64,000 bases of DNA from Flavobacteriales bacterium (lineage in GTDB: Bacteria; Bacteroidota; Bacteroidia; Flavobacteriales_F; PHOS-HE28). The position numbers were made by a program, and so were the translations under genes. The stretch covers positions 16,066 to 80,065 of the forward strand of contig JADJRW010000009.1 in assembly GCA_016712025.1 (NCBI GenBank), in the 5' to 3' direction. Under the pieces are notes generated by a model that saw nothing but the letters and a program-made list of their open reading frames with translations, was not told the origin of the DNA and searched no databases. Shown piece after piece: positions 10,542 through 19,584 of the stretch; positions within the stretch are counted from its first letter, which is position 1; every line of letters begins with the position of its first letter.

Positions 10542-11831
10542 ATGGAGAACCAAGAGATCGTGGCCGGCCTCGACATCGGCACCACCAAGATCGCCTGCAT
10601 CGTCGGGCGCAAGAACGAACAAGGCAAGATCGAGATCCTCGGCATGGGCAAGAGCCGGTCCGAAGGCGTGAGCCGGGGCATGGTGGCCAACATCCAGAAG
10701 ACCGTCGAATCCATCAAGGCCGCGGTGAAGGAGGCCGAGGCCCAGGCGAACGTGGAGATCGGCACGGTGAACGTGGGCATCGCCGGCCAGCACATCCGCA
10801 GCATGCACCACCGTGGCATGATCACCCGCCAGAGCCTGGAGGAGGAGATCCGCCAGTTGGACATCGACCTGCTGATCGATGATATGTACAAGCTGGTGAT
10901 GCCCCCGGGCGAAGAGATCATCCATGTGCTGCCGCAGGAGTACATCGTGGACGGTGAGCAGGGCATCCGCGACCCGATCGGCATGAGCGGTGTGCGCATG
11001 GAGGCCAACTTCCACATCATCAGCGGCCAGGTAACCGCCGCGCGGAACATCAACAAGTGCGTGCATCGCGCCGAACTCGATGTCACCGAGCTGATCCTGG
11101 AACCGCTCGCCAGCGCCGATGCCGTGCTGAGCGCCGAGGAGAAGGAGGCCGGTGTGGTGCTCGTGGATATCGGCGGTGGTACTACGGACCTCGCCATCTT
11201 CTACGACAGCATCATCCGCCATACCGCGGTGATCCCTTTCGGCGGCAACGTGATCACCGAGGACATCCGCCAGGGCTGTGGTGTGATGCGCGAACAGGCC
11301 GAACTGCTCAAAGTGAAGTTCGGTAGCGCCCTCGCTGCGGAGAACAAGGAGAACGAAGTGGTCTGTATCCCGGGACTGCGTGGTCGCGAGCCGAAGGAGA
11401 TCAGCTTGCGTACGCTTTCGGAGATCATCCAGAGCCGCATGGAGGAGATCCTGGAGCACGTCCACTTCGAGATCCGCAACAGCGGCATGGAGAAGCAGAT
11501 GATCGCGGGTGTGGTGCTCACCGGCGGTGGTGCGCAATTGAAACACCTGCGCCAACTGGTGGAATACATGACCGGCATGAGCGCGCGTATCGGTTATCCG
11601 AACGAGCACCTCGCTAAGAGCAATGTGGACCAAGTGACCAGCCCGCTCTTCGCCACCGGCGTGGGCCTTGTGCTGAAAGGCTTCGACTACCTCGACCGTC
11701 GTCGACCCAAGCAGGTACAGGAGAACACCGCGATCCGCGTGAAAGGCCATTCCCAAACCTCCCGCGTCGGGGGCTTCTTCGATAAGGTGCTGAAAGGCGC
11801 CTCGGAACTGCTCAACGACGACGACAACTGA
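10542..11831 (+). CDS. ftsA: Cell division protein FtsA (actin-like ATPase)
   Basis: 429 aa; actin-fold motifs (LDIGTTKI, VDIGGGTTD). Position directly upstream of ftsZ. Confidence 0.93.
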   Translation: MENQEIVAGLDIGTTKIACIVGRKNEQGKIEILGMGKSRSEGVSRGMVANIQKTVESIKAAVKEAEAQANVEIGTVNVGIAGQHIRSMHHRGMITRQSLEEEIRQLDIDLLIDDMYKLVMPPGEEIIHVLPQEYIVDGEQGIRDPIGMSGVRMEANFHIISGQVTAARNINKCVHRAELDVTELILEPLASADAVLSAEEKEAGVVLVDIGGGTTDLAIFYDSIIRHTAVIPFGGNVITEDIRQGCGVMREQAELLKVKFGSALAAENKENEVVCIPGLRGREPKEISLRTLSEIIQSRMEEILEHVHFEIRNSGMEKQMIAGVVLTGGGAQLKHLRQLVEYMTGMSARIGYPNEHLAKSNVDQVTSPLFATGVGLVLKGFDYLDRRRPKQVQENTAIRVKGHSQTSRVGGFFDKVLKGASELLNDDDN

Positions 11832-11863
11832 CCCTTCCCTTCCACTTTCCAAAACCTACTGTC

Positions 11864-13465
11864 ATGAAATTCGATCTTCCCAAGGAACTGTCGTCGATCA
11901 TCAAAGTGATCGGCGTGGGGGGCGGCGGCAGCAATGCCGTGAACCACATGTACGCCCAAGGCATCAAGGGCGTTGACTTCATCATCTGCAACACCGACAA
12001 GCAGGCGCTGGACATCAGTCCGGTGCCCGTGAAAGTGCAGCTCGGGCCCGAGCTCACCGACGGCCTCGGTGCGGGCTCCGTGCCCGATCGCGGCAAAGAC
12101 GCCGCGCAGGAGAACATCGATGAGGTACGCCAACTCCTCAGCACGCGCACCAAGATGGTCTTCATCACCGCCGGTATGGGCGGTGGCACCGGCACCGGCG
12201 CCGGTCCCGTGATCGCCAGCATCGCACGCGAGCTCGGCATCCTCACCGTCGGCATTGTTACCATGCCCTTCCAGTGGGAAGGCCGTAAGCGGAAGCAACA
12301 GGCCATGGCCGGGATCGAGGATTTACGCCGTTCGGTGGATACTTTGTTGGTGATCAACAACGATCGCCTGCGTGACCTCTATGGCAACCTGAGCCTGGAC
12401 AACGCTTTCGGATACGCGGACAACGTGCTCACCACAGCCGCGCGCGGGATCGCCGAGATCATCACCGTGACCGGTAAGGTGAACGTGGACTTCGAGGACG
12501 TGAAGACCGTGATGACCAACAGCGGCGCTGCCGTGATGGGCATGGCCGAAGCCGAAGGGGAGGAGCGTGCCTTGCGTGCCGCGCAGGAAGCGCTGGCTTC
12601 ACCGTTGCTGAACGACAACGATATCAAGGGCGCCAAGTTCGTGCTGCTCAACATCACCCACGGCACGCAAGAAGTGCTGATGGACGAGATCACGGAGATC
12701 ACCGACCACATCCAGGATGCCGCCGGCAGCAGCGCCGATGTGATCTGGGGCTATTGCAAGGATGAATCGCTCGGCGCGAAAGTGCGTGTTACAGTGATCG
12801 CCACCGGTTTCCAAGTGAATCCGGACACCGGTCTGATCGGTACCGCACCCGAGGCGCGCAAGGTGATCCCGCTCGATGCCGACGTGCCCACGATGATCAT
12901 GCAGCCGATCGTGAACCCGGTCGCCGTGACGCCGAAGCAGTCCGCTCCGATAGCGCCTCCAGTTCCCAGCGAGCAGCCCATGGAGCCGTATTTGAAGCCC
13001 GCTGCCCCCGTGGTGAACGAGGCGCCATCCACACCTCCTGTGGTCGCACCCTTCCGTCCGGAGCGCCCTGTGGAGTTCGAGGTGGTTAACAAGCAGCCCG
13101 CCGCGCCGGTGAGCGATGACAAGAAGGTGCATTCACTGTACGATGATGCGCCCCCTGCCACCGTCAACACGACTAGCGCCGACAACTCCGCGCAACGCCT
13201 TCCACCGGCCGAACACCAAGCCCGTGTGGAGGAGCGCCTTTCGCGTATGCGTGATCTCACCTTGCGCCTGCGTTCACCGAACGGCATCAACGACCTGGAA
13301 CGCGAACCCGCGTACATACGCAAGCGCGTTACCCTCACCGAAGGACCGCGCAGCACGGACAGTACCGTGAGCCGTTACACGCTGAGCGAGGACCAGGACG
13401 AGAGCGGAGAACGCCGTGTGGAACTGAAGAAGAACAATCCGTTCTTGCACGACAACGTGGATTGA
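11864..13465 (+). CDS. ftsZ: Cell division GTPase FtsZ
   Basis: Tubulin signature GGGTGTG and the T7 loop region. Long Pro/Ala-rich linker followed by a conserved C-terminal peptide (533 aa). A long FtsZ like this is typical for Bacteroidota. Confidence 0.95.
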   Translation: MKFDLPKELSSIIKVIGVGGGGSNAVNHMYAQGIKGVDFIICNTDKQALDISPVPVKVQLGPELTDGLGAGSVPDRGKDAAQENIDEVRQLLSTRTKMVFITAGMGGGTGTGAGPVIASIARELGILTVGIVTMPFQWEGRKRKQQAMAGIEDLRRSVDTLLVINNDRLRDLYGNLSLDNAFGYADNVLTTAARGIAEIITVTGKVNVDFEDVKTVMTNSGAAVMGMAEAEGEERALRAAQEALASPLLNDNDIKGAKFVLLNITHGTQEVLMDEITEITDHIQDAAGSSADVIWGYCKDESLGAKVRVTVIATGFQVNPDTGLIGTAPEARKVIPLDADVPTMIMQPIVNPVAVTPKQSAPIAPPVPSEQPMEPYLKPAAPVVNEAPSTPPVVAPFRPERPVEFEVVNKQPAAPVSDDKKVHSLYDDAPPATVNTTSADNSAQRLPPAEHQARVEERLSRMRDLTLRLRSPNGINDLEREPAYIRKRVTLTEGPRSTDSTVSRYTLSEDQDESGERRVELKKNNPFLHDNVD

Positions 13466-13520
13466 GCCACTTCGATCACGCTTTCGCGGGAAAGCGCTCG
13501 AAGACGAGTAGAAGATCGCG

Positions 13521-13554
13521 GGCGGGCAGGGTAACTTGCCCGCCTCTTTCATTC
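13521..13554 (+). terminator. Putative rho-independent terminator after ftsZ
   Basis: GC stem GGCGGGCA / TGCCCGCC with an 8-nt loop, followed by TCTTTCATT, 56 nt after the ftsZ stop. Confidence 0.45.
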
Positions 13555-13564
13555 CCCCATCGCC

Positions 13565-14010
13565 ATGGATCTCAAGGAACGTATCGACGCGGACATCAAG
13601 ACCGCGATGTTGGCCCGCGACAAAGACCGCTTGAACGCGCTGCGCGCGATCAAAAGCGCCATCCTGTTGGAATTGACCAAGGAAGGTGGTCAGGCCCAAG
13701 TTTCGGAGGAAGCGGGCGCCAAGCTCCTGCAGAAGTTGCACAAGCAACGCGCCGAGGCCGCCGCGATCTTCAACCAACAGGGAAGGGCCGATCTCGCTGC
13801 AGAGGACGAAGCACAAGCCAAGGTGATCGAGGCCTACCTGCCCGCGCGCATGAGCGACGCCGATGTGGAAGCGGCGGTGAAAGCCATCATCGTCAGCACG
13901 GGGGCCAGCGGCATGAAGGACATGGGCCGTGTGATGGGCGAAGCGAACAAGCAACTGGCCGGCAAGGCCGATGGCGGTGCCATCGCGGCGATGGTGAAGC
14001 GGTTGTTGGG
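13565..14010 (+). CDS. yqeY: GatB/YqeY domain protein; 3' end uncertain because the reading frame runs into the G/C homopolymer tract
   Basis: N-terminal ~147 aa (MDLKERIDADIKTAMLARDKDRLNALRAIKSA...AIAAMVKRLLGG) matches the YqeY/GatB-Yqey family, which is normally ~148 aa. The ORF-track continuation to 14533 is Gly/Pro/Arg nonsense derived from poly-G/poly-C. Confidence 0.7.
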
Positions 14011-15010
14011 GGGGGCCCCCCGCCTGCGGGGGGGGCGGGCCGGGGGGTTTTGCCCGGCCCGCCGGGGTTGCCCTCGGGGGGGGGGGGGGGGGGCCCGCCC
14101 GGGGCCCGCCCGGCGGGCGAAACGGGCGGGGGACCCCCCGGGGGGGGGGGGCGCCCCGCGCCCGGCGCCGGGGTCGGGGGGGTGGCGCGCCCCGCCAAGG
14201 GCGGCCGGGGCTTCAGGGGGGATCGTTCCAACAAGCCGCCCGAACGAACCCCGGCGCCCGGGGAGGGGGGGGGGCGCCCCGGGGGGACCCCGCCGCGCCG
14301 CGGCCGCCCCGCGCGCAGGGGTTGCAACGCCCCCGCAACACACGGCGGGGGAACCCGACCACAGGGTTGGGGCAGCGAGACAACACCCGCACGCCGCCGG
14401 CCGGGGGCAGGGAAAAAAATATTTCAATGGAGTTGCCCCCGCGCAAACACCGCCCCCGGCGACCCGAAGCCCGGGCCCGTTTGGGCCCCCGGGGGGGGGG
14501 GGGGGGCCCCCCCCTTACCGACCGCTAGGGTGAACTACCGCACTCGCGCGGGGCGCGGGGCGGGGGGGGTGCGGGGCGGCGCCGCCGCGCCGCCCCCCCA
14601 CGGGGGGGGGGGGGCTTGGGGCCGGGGTCGCGCTCGAACGAGACCCCGCGTGTAGGGGGCAGGCGGGCCGGGCCACCCCGCACGGGGGGGGGGCCGGCCC
14701 GCCCACATTGCGCGGGGCCGGCCCGGGGGCCGGAACTCCGCCGTGGTGGGGGCCCGGGGCGTGGGCGCGAGGACCACCGCGGGCGGCCGCCCCCCGAGAC
14801 GCGCGGGGGCGGGGCCACCGCCCCACACCGCGGGGGGGAGAGGGGGGCACCCCGGCCGGCCTCGATGTGTTTGTGGCCGGGGGCGGGGTTGGGGGGGGCG
14901 GAAAGCGGCGGGGGCTCCTCCCCGGCGCGGAAAGGACGGCCCGCCCGGGCCGGCGGAGGGGGTCGGGGCGGCCCGCGCGGGGGGGGGCGGGGGGGGGCGG
15001 TGGGGGTGTA
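13995..15010. other. ~1-kb tract of >90% G+C dominated by G and C homopolymers (runs of up to ~20); probably a non-biological assembly or base-calling artefact
   Basis: Seen directly, for example gggggggggggggggcccgcccggggcccgcc and gggggggggggggggcccccccc. All six frames give only Gly/Pro/Arg/Ala strings. It ends abruptly at ~15010 where normal sequence resumes. Confidence 0.6.
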
Positions 15011-15314
15011 TAGACGGATCGTGAAAATCACTCGTGGTCATAGCCGAACGAAGCTTCCACTGATCGGCGTTGCGGTTCTGAACGACAACCCCGATAATTC
15101 AGGTCGCGAGAACCTTCGCCCCCGCCGAGACCTGCTCGCGATCGTTGTAGAAGGCGACCAAGACCTTAGGTACCAGCGGTGATGCGCCAGGTCACTGCCC
15201 AACTGGGCGGAGACCCATCCGCCAGCGGTGCTTCGGCGTTCCGTCCGGCTTGCGAACTGGCGAGGCACGGACAGCGCGACATCCGTTCCCACGTGACCCA
15301 GGACGGGGGGGGCC

Positions 15315-16070
15315 TCACAACCGAGCCAGGCTGTCCATCAGCTCCTGCTTCTTGCGGCGGCTCACGGCGACGTTGGTGCCGTCGCTCATGATCACCTCGC
15401 CGCCTTCGCCGCGGATGTACTTCTTCACGTGCTTCACGTTGATGAGGTAGCTGTGGTGTACGCGCACGAACTGCTCGGGATCGAGGATATCCTCGAACTC
15501 CTTCAATGTGCGGCTGATCACCAGGCGCTTCTTGTCCTTCTGGTGGACCACCGTGTAGTTGCTGTCGCTCTCGCAGTACATCACCTCGTCCACATCCACC
15601 ATCTCCAAGCCGTCGGCCACGGGCAGTGCGATGCGGCGCTCGGCGGCAGCGGGCCGGGTCAGGTTCTTCAGCAGCGCCATGAACTGATCGGGGGTCTGCG
15701 GGGTGCGCATCTCCGCGCGTACCTTGTTGATGGCGCCCGCGAGTTCATCGGGGTCCACCGGCTTCAACAGATAGTCCAACGCGCTGAAGCGGATGGCCTT
15801 CACGGCGTAGCCTTCGTGGGCGGTGGTGAAGATGACGTGCGGGCGGTCCGGGCCGATGGCCTGCAATAGATCGAAGCCGGTCTGCTTGCCCATCTCGATA
15901 TCCAGGAAGAGGATCTTGGGCTTCACCTTGCTCAACAGTTCGATGCCCTCGGGCACGTTGTTGGCCATGCCCAACAGCGGCACGTCCGGATGCTTGCGTT
16001 CGAGGATGCCGCTGAGGGCATCGCGACAGTGTTGTTCGTCGTCAACGATCACGGCGGTGAGCTCGCTCAT
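15315..16070 (-). CDS. Two-component response regulator, receiver + LytTR DNA-binding domain
   Basis: Receiver motifs (VIVDDE...LFLDIEM...K) and a C-terminal LytTR domain (RVHHSYLINVKHVKKY, 'SDGTNVAVSRR'). Start set at MSELTAVIVDDE (internal to the ORF-track call). Confidence 0.88.
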   Translation of the reverse strand: MSELTAVIVDDEQHCRDALSGILERKHPDVPLLGMANNVPEGIELLSKVKPKILFLDIEMGKQTGFDLLQAIGPDRPHVIFTTAHEGYAVKAIRFSALDYLLKPVDPDELAGAINKVRAEMRTPQTPDQFMALLKNLTRPAAAERRIALPVADGLEMVDVDEVMYCESDSNYTVVHQKDKKRLVISRTLKEFEDILDPEQFVRVHHSYLINVKHVKKYIRGEGGEVIMSDGTNVAVSRRKKQELMDSLARL

Positions 16071-16171
16071 GGTGGGGTGGGTGGTAAACGAGGCGAAAAG
16101 ATAGGCGCCACGGCAAAGCAAAATGACAAAGGCCCCTCCCAGGGCCTCTGCCGTTCCTCCCAAACCTACCC

Positions 16172-16780
16172 TTAGTTCTTGGCTTCGGCCTCCTGCTCGG
16201 CGCGCTTCTGCTCGGTCCAGGCGGCCAGTTCCATCGTGGGATCCACGAAGGCGGCCACCTCTTTGCGCGCGCGCTTCACCGGGGCTTGGGCCAGTGCTTC
16301 CTCCACCGGGGCTTGCTTGCTCTCCAGGCGGGCGGTGTGCAGGTGCTCGTAGCCGAAATCATTGTCCTTGGTGTTGAAGGCGATCTTGCCCACCGGGCCA
16401 TCGTACTGTTGCTCGCCCTCGGCAGGTTGCGCCAGCAGGCTTACCTGGAAGTGGAAGAGGAAGTCCTTTTTCGCCTCTGCGTTCTTCGGAAGGCGGGCGT
16501 CGAACACCAGTTCCTTGGCGATGGTGCCGGGGAGCTCGAACCGCAGGCGGTACTCATGGCCCAAGGGCAGTTCCATTTGGAATTGGGCCAGGCCCTTATC
16601 CATGCGGTTGAAGGCGGCGCCGTCCTGGAGCACAGTGACCGACGCGCCTTCGAGCGGGTTGCTGCTGAGCACCTTGCCCTCGATGCGGAGCACATGGCTG
16701 GTCTCGTTGGCGGAAGCGGTGATCGCGATGGAAGCGATGGCGGCTTGGGCGGTGAGGCGGAGGAAGGTGAGGGCTTTCAT
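16172..16780 (-). CDS. Small secreted protein, CarboxypepD_reg-like (prealbumin-like) fold predicted; paralog 3 of a three-member family in this window
   Basis: Signal peptide MKALTFLRLTAQAAIASIAITASA. The core GKVLSSNPLEGASVTVLQDG...GHEYRLRFELPG resembles carboxypeptidase-regulatory-like domains. Same architecture as the ORFs at 26794..27303 and 28654..29163. Confidence 0.6.
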   Translation of the reverse strand: MKALTFLRLTAQAAIASIAITASANETSHVLRIEGKVLSSNPLEGASVTVLQDGAAFNRMDKGLAQFQMELPLGHEYRLRFELPGTIAKELVFDARLPKNAEAKKDFLFHFQVSLLAQPAEGEQQYDGPVGKIAFNTKDNDFGYEHLHTARLESKQAPVEEALAQAPVKRARKEVAAFVDPTMELAAWTEQKRAEQEAEAKN

Positions 16781-16821
16781 TTTGGTGGGAGATTCGGAGG
16801 GCGTTGTTCGTCTTTCGCGAC

Positions 16822-16924
16822 CCAAAACAACGTCGGGAGTGGGGGTAGGGGTGAGCGCGGGCAGCGGGGAGGGAGTAGGTGGCGGTGTATGGGGTCAGGG
16901 GTAGCAGGCAGGAGCAGGTGCAGG
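16822..16924 (-). promoter_or_regulatory. Putative LytTR-box promoter of the secreted-protein gene: direct-repeat box plus a Bacteroidota-type -7-like element
   Basis: In gene sense, CCGCCACCTACT (plus strand AGTAGGTGGCGG, ~16874-16885) with a weaker partner (AGCAGGTGCAGG ~16913-16924). TTGTTTTG (plus CAAAACAA ~16823-16830) lies 43 nt upstream of the ATG. Coordinates approximate. Confidence 0.45.
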
Positions 16925-17083
16925 AGGCGCCCAACGTGCAATGCGGGGCGAGTGGGTTGGTACGGCACGGAAGAGAACGATGTGATGTTTGGCCTCGGCT
17001 GGGGACCCAGTGAGGCTGTGTCTCCTGAAATGGAAGAACCCCACGATCCGGGGACCGCAGGGCTCTTTCAGAGAAGCGCGTTG

Positions 17084-17356
17084 TTATTCGGTGACGAAGT
17101 TGCCTTCTGGGGTGATCCAGATCCGGGTCATGTCCGCATCCGTGCGTATCGCGGGTTCCGTGGTAGTGGTGCCCGACGGTGGGTCGCTATCGGCTCCATC
17201 GGTGCTGGCGACAGGCGTGGTCGCGCTCAGTTCATTGTTCTCGGTCTCTTCCGTCGCGGGGGCGGTGCCTTGAGGTGCGACCAATGCATCCTTGGTGCAG
17301 GAAGCGGTGAGCAGCAGGAACATGTAGAGGGCGGCGAAGGTGGTGTAGGCTTTCAT
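17084..17356 (-). CDS. Small acidic Thr/Ser/Pro-rich lipoprotein (90 aa)
   Basis: Lipoprotein signal MKAYTTFAALYMFLLLTASC (lipobox LTAS|C). Low-complexity mature part. Sits between the TPR kinase and the secreted-protein gene on the same strand. Confidence 0.55.
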   Translation of the reverse strand: MKAYTTFAALYMFLLLTASCTKDALVAPQGTAPATEETENNELSATTPVASTDGADSDPPSGTTTTEPAIRTDADMTRIWITPEGNFVTE

Positions 17357-17397
17357 GGCAGTTGATTTTTTTGTGGTCATCGTTGTTGATGATGGGC

Positions 17398-17469
17398 CAA
17401 AGCAAATGCCGTGTACCGAAGGGACCATTCGCCGTCGAGCAAGTGGGGGTTGGAGGGAGCAGGTGGGGG
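17398..17469 (-). promoter_or_regulatory. Putative LytTR-box promoter of the lipoprotein gene
   Basis: Plus-strand AGCAAGTGGGGG (~17438-17449) and AGCAGGTGGGGG (~17458-17469), 20 bp start-to-start. TTGCTTTG in gene sense (plus CAAAGCAA ~17398-17405) lies 42 nt upstream of the ATG. Box-to-(-7) spacing is the same as at two paralog promoters. Confidence 0.5.
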
Positions 17470-17591
17470 AACTCGCGTTCTTGGGAGTATGCCCGGACTG
17501 GCCACAGGCTCAAGCTATCCGCGTTGAAGACGAGATCTTCGTTAGGTCTTATAGACTTGCATTGAAGCTAGCGGCTTGCAGCCAGCGCGTT

Positions 17592-19546
17592 CTAGTGCGC
17601 GTGCATCAATGGCATCTCCACTTCCACCCGCGTGCCTTGCGGAACATCTACGTAGCGGAAGCCTGCGGTGCCGCCGTGCTGTTTCTGAACGAGATCCAAA
17701 CGGGAACGTGTGATCGCGGTGCCGAGACTGGTTTTTTTCGTTGGCGTATCACCCGGTGGCTGTGCCGCCGGTTCCTTCTTGGCGTTGCGCCCAACACCAT
17801 TATCCTCTATGATCCATACCAGCTGCTTGCCGCGTGCTTCTACTTTCAAACTGATGTGCCCTTTGCCCTCCTTGCCCGCAATGCCATGCCAGATGGCGTT
17901 CTCCACGAAGGGTTGCACCACCAGCGGGGGCACCACCACCTCTTCCGGATCGAGCGCATCGTCCACCGTGATGGTGAAATCGAATTTCTCCTGCATGCGC
18001 TTGCGCTCCAGATCCATGTAGCCGCGCAGCGTTTCCAAGTCGTCCTTCAAGGGGACCTCGCTGTGGCGGCTGTTCTCCAGCACGCTGCGCATCACCCGGG
18101 CGAACTTGGTGAGGTAGCTGCTGGCGCTGTCCTGATCGTTCTTCTGCACATAGGCGTTGATGGAGTTGAGCGCGTTGAAGATGAAGTGCGGGTTCATCTG
18201 GCTGCGCAAGGCGCGTGTTTCTAATTGCGCGGCATCCTTCTCGAAACGCTCCCGCCTACGCCGTCTGTCGCTAATGAAGAAGAAGGTGCCACCACCCATC
18301 ACGAGGATGGCCCCGCCCATCAGCGCCAAAGCGTTGTTACGGTTACGATCCGCCCGTAAACGCTGGATCGTTCGGTCCTTCTCCAATTGAGCGACCTCAT
18401 TGGCATGGGCCAGGCTATCCGCGAGCTGTTGCTTGTCATATTCGGCACCTGCGGTGATGAGGACCACTTCCGCCTTGCCTTGGGTGGCCTCTAGGGAATC
18501 GCGGCCGATCATCAGCGTATCGAAGTAACTGAGCGCCTCCTTGTACCGCTTTGCCTTCCGCAAGGCCTCGACAAGTTCATCCAATACGCCAACGGCCACA
18601 TCCAGGTTGCTGATCTCCTGTGCGATCCGCAAGGCGTTCTTGTGATCAGCCACCGCGTTCTCCCAATCGTTCAGACGCCCATGGTATCGGCCCAGATCGG
18701 AGTAGTACCTGGATATCCGCTCCTTGTCGCCCAGCTTTTGGGCGAGGACGAACATGCGTTCAAGGCACTTGAACGCCTTGGCATTGTCGCCGATCTTCTG
18801 ATATAGTTCGGCCTTCTGCGACAGCACGCGCAACGTGCGGTAATCGCTGTGGGCCAAGGCCAGGAGGTCCTCGTTGATCGTCAAATGCCGCAACGCGAGC
18901 GTATCATTTCCCGCTATCTGATGCGCCGCAGCGATGTTCTCATGGGCGAAGGCCAGTCCCAGGGTGTCGTGGGTCGCCTCTGTACGACTGCGCGCTTGTT
19001 CATACCACCTCATCGCCTCCCCGGCGCGTCCGAATATCAGGTACGCATTGCCGATCCATGTGGTCGCGCGGTTCGCGTTCTCGTGGTGGCCATCCTTGGA
19101 GGCCGCGGCCAGGCTCTCTTTGAAGGCCATGACGCAGCGCGTGGAGTCTTTCAGGTTGAGATAGAGGTAGCCCAGTTCGAAGTACGCTTCCGACGCTATG
19201 CCGTCATCCCCGGCCTTAGTCGCATGTTTGATGCTCTGGTTCAGGTGAACGATCGCCTCCGGGTAGTTGCTCAGCGGAGAGCTGTATACATAGCCGATGT
19301 CCACTTCCATTTGCGCCATGCCCGCGACCCATCCAAGACGCTCCGCTAGGGCCAGCGCCTTCTGGAAATGGTCCAAGGCAGTGAACGGTTCGTTGTTCCA
19401 CAGTTCCCGGCCCAAGGACCCCAGCAGGTTGACCTTGTTCGTGTCCTCCCCGCGCATTGACCAGCGCCTGCTTCAGGCTGTCGATCTGCCCCTGGCAGAA
19501 AAGTACTGAAGAGGAGGAGGACCGAAGGCAACAGGGATCGCTTCAT
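17592..19546 (-). CDS. Sensor histidine kinase, periplasmic TPR repeats + single TM + LytS-type His_kinase + HATPase (one apparent frameshift near 19450)
   Basis: Signal peptide MKRSLLPSVLLLFSTFLPG in ORF 19346..19546, then a frame change into ORF 17592..19457. TPR-like repeats, TM ALALMGGAILVMGGGTFFFI, MNPHFIFNALNSINAY (PF06580-like) and a C-terminal ATPase (IEDNGVG). Confidence 0.8.
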
Positions 19547-19584
19547 TCAGGCGGCATTGGACCGACGGACGGGAATATAGATCG

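Noticed and set aside
13462-15182. ORFs 13462..14655 +, 13834..14427 -, 14525..15031 -, 14616..15182 + and similar encoding Gly/Pro/Arg-rich 'proteins'
   Set aside because: These are direct translations of the poly-G/poly-C tract. No codon periodicity is visible and there is no family resemblance.
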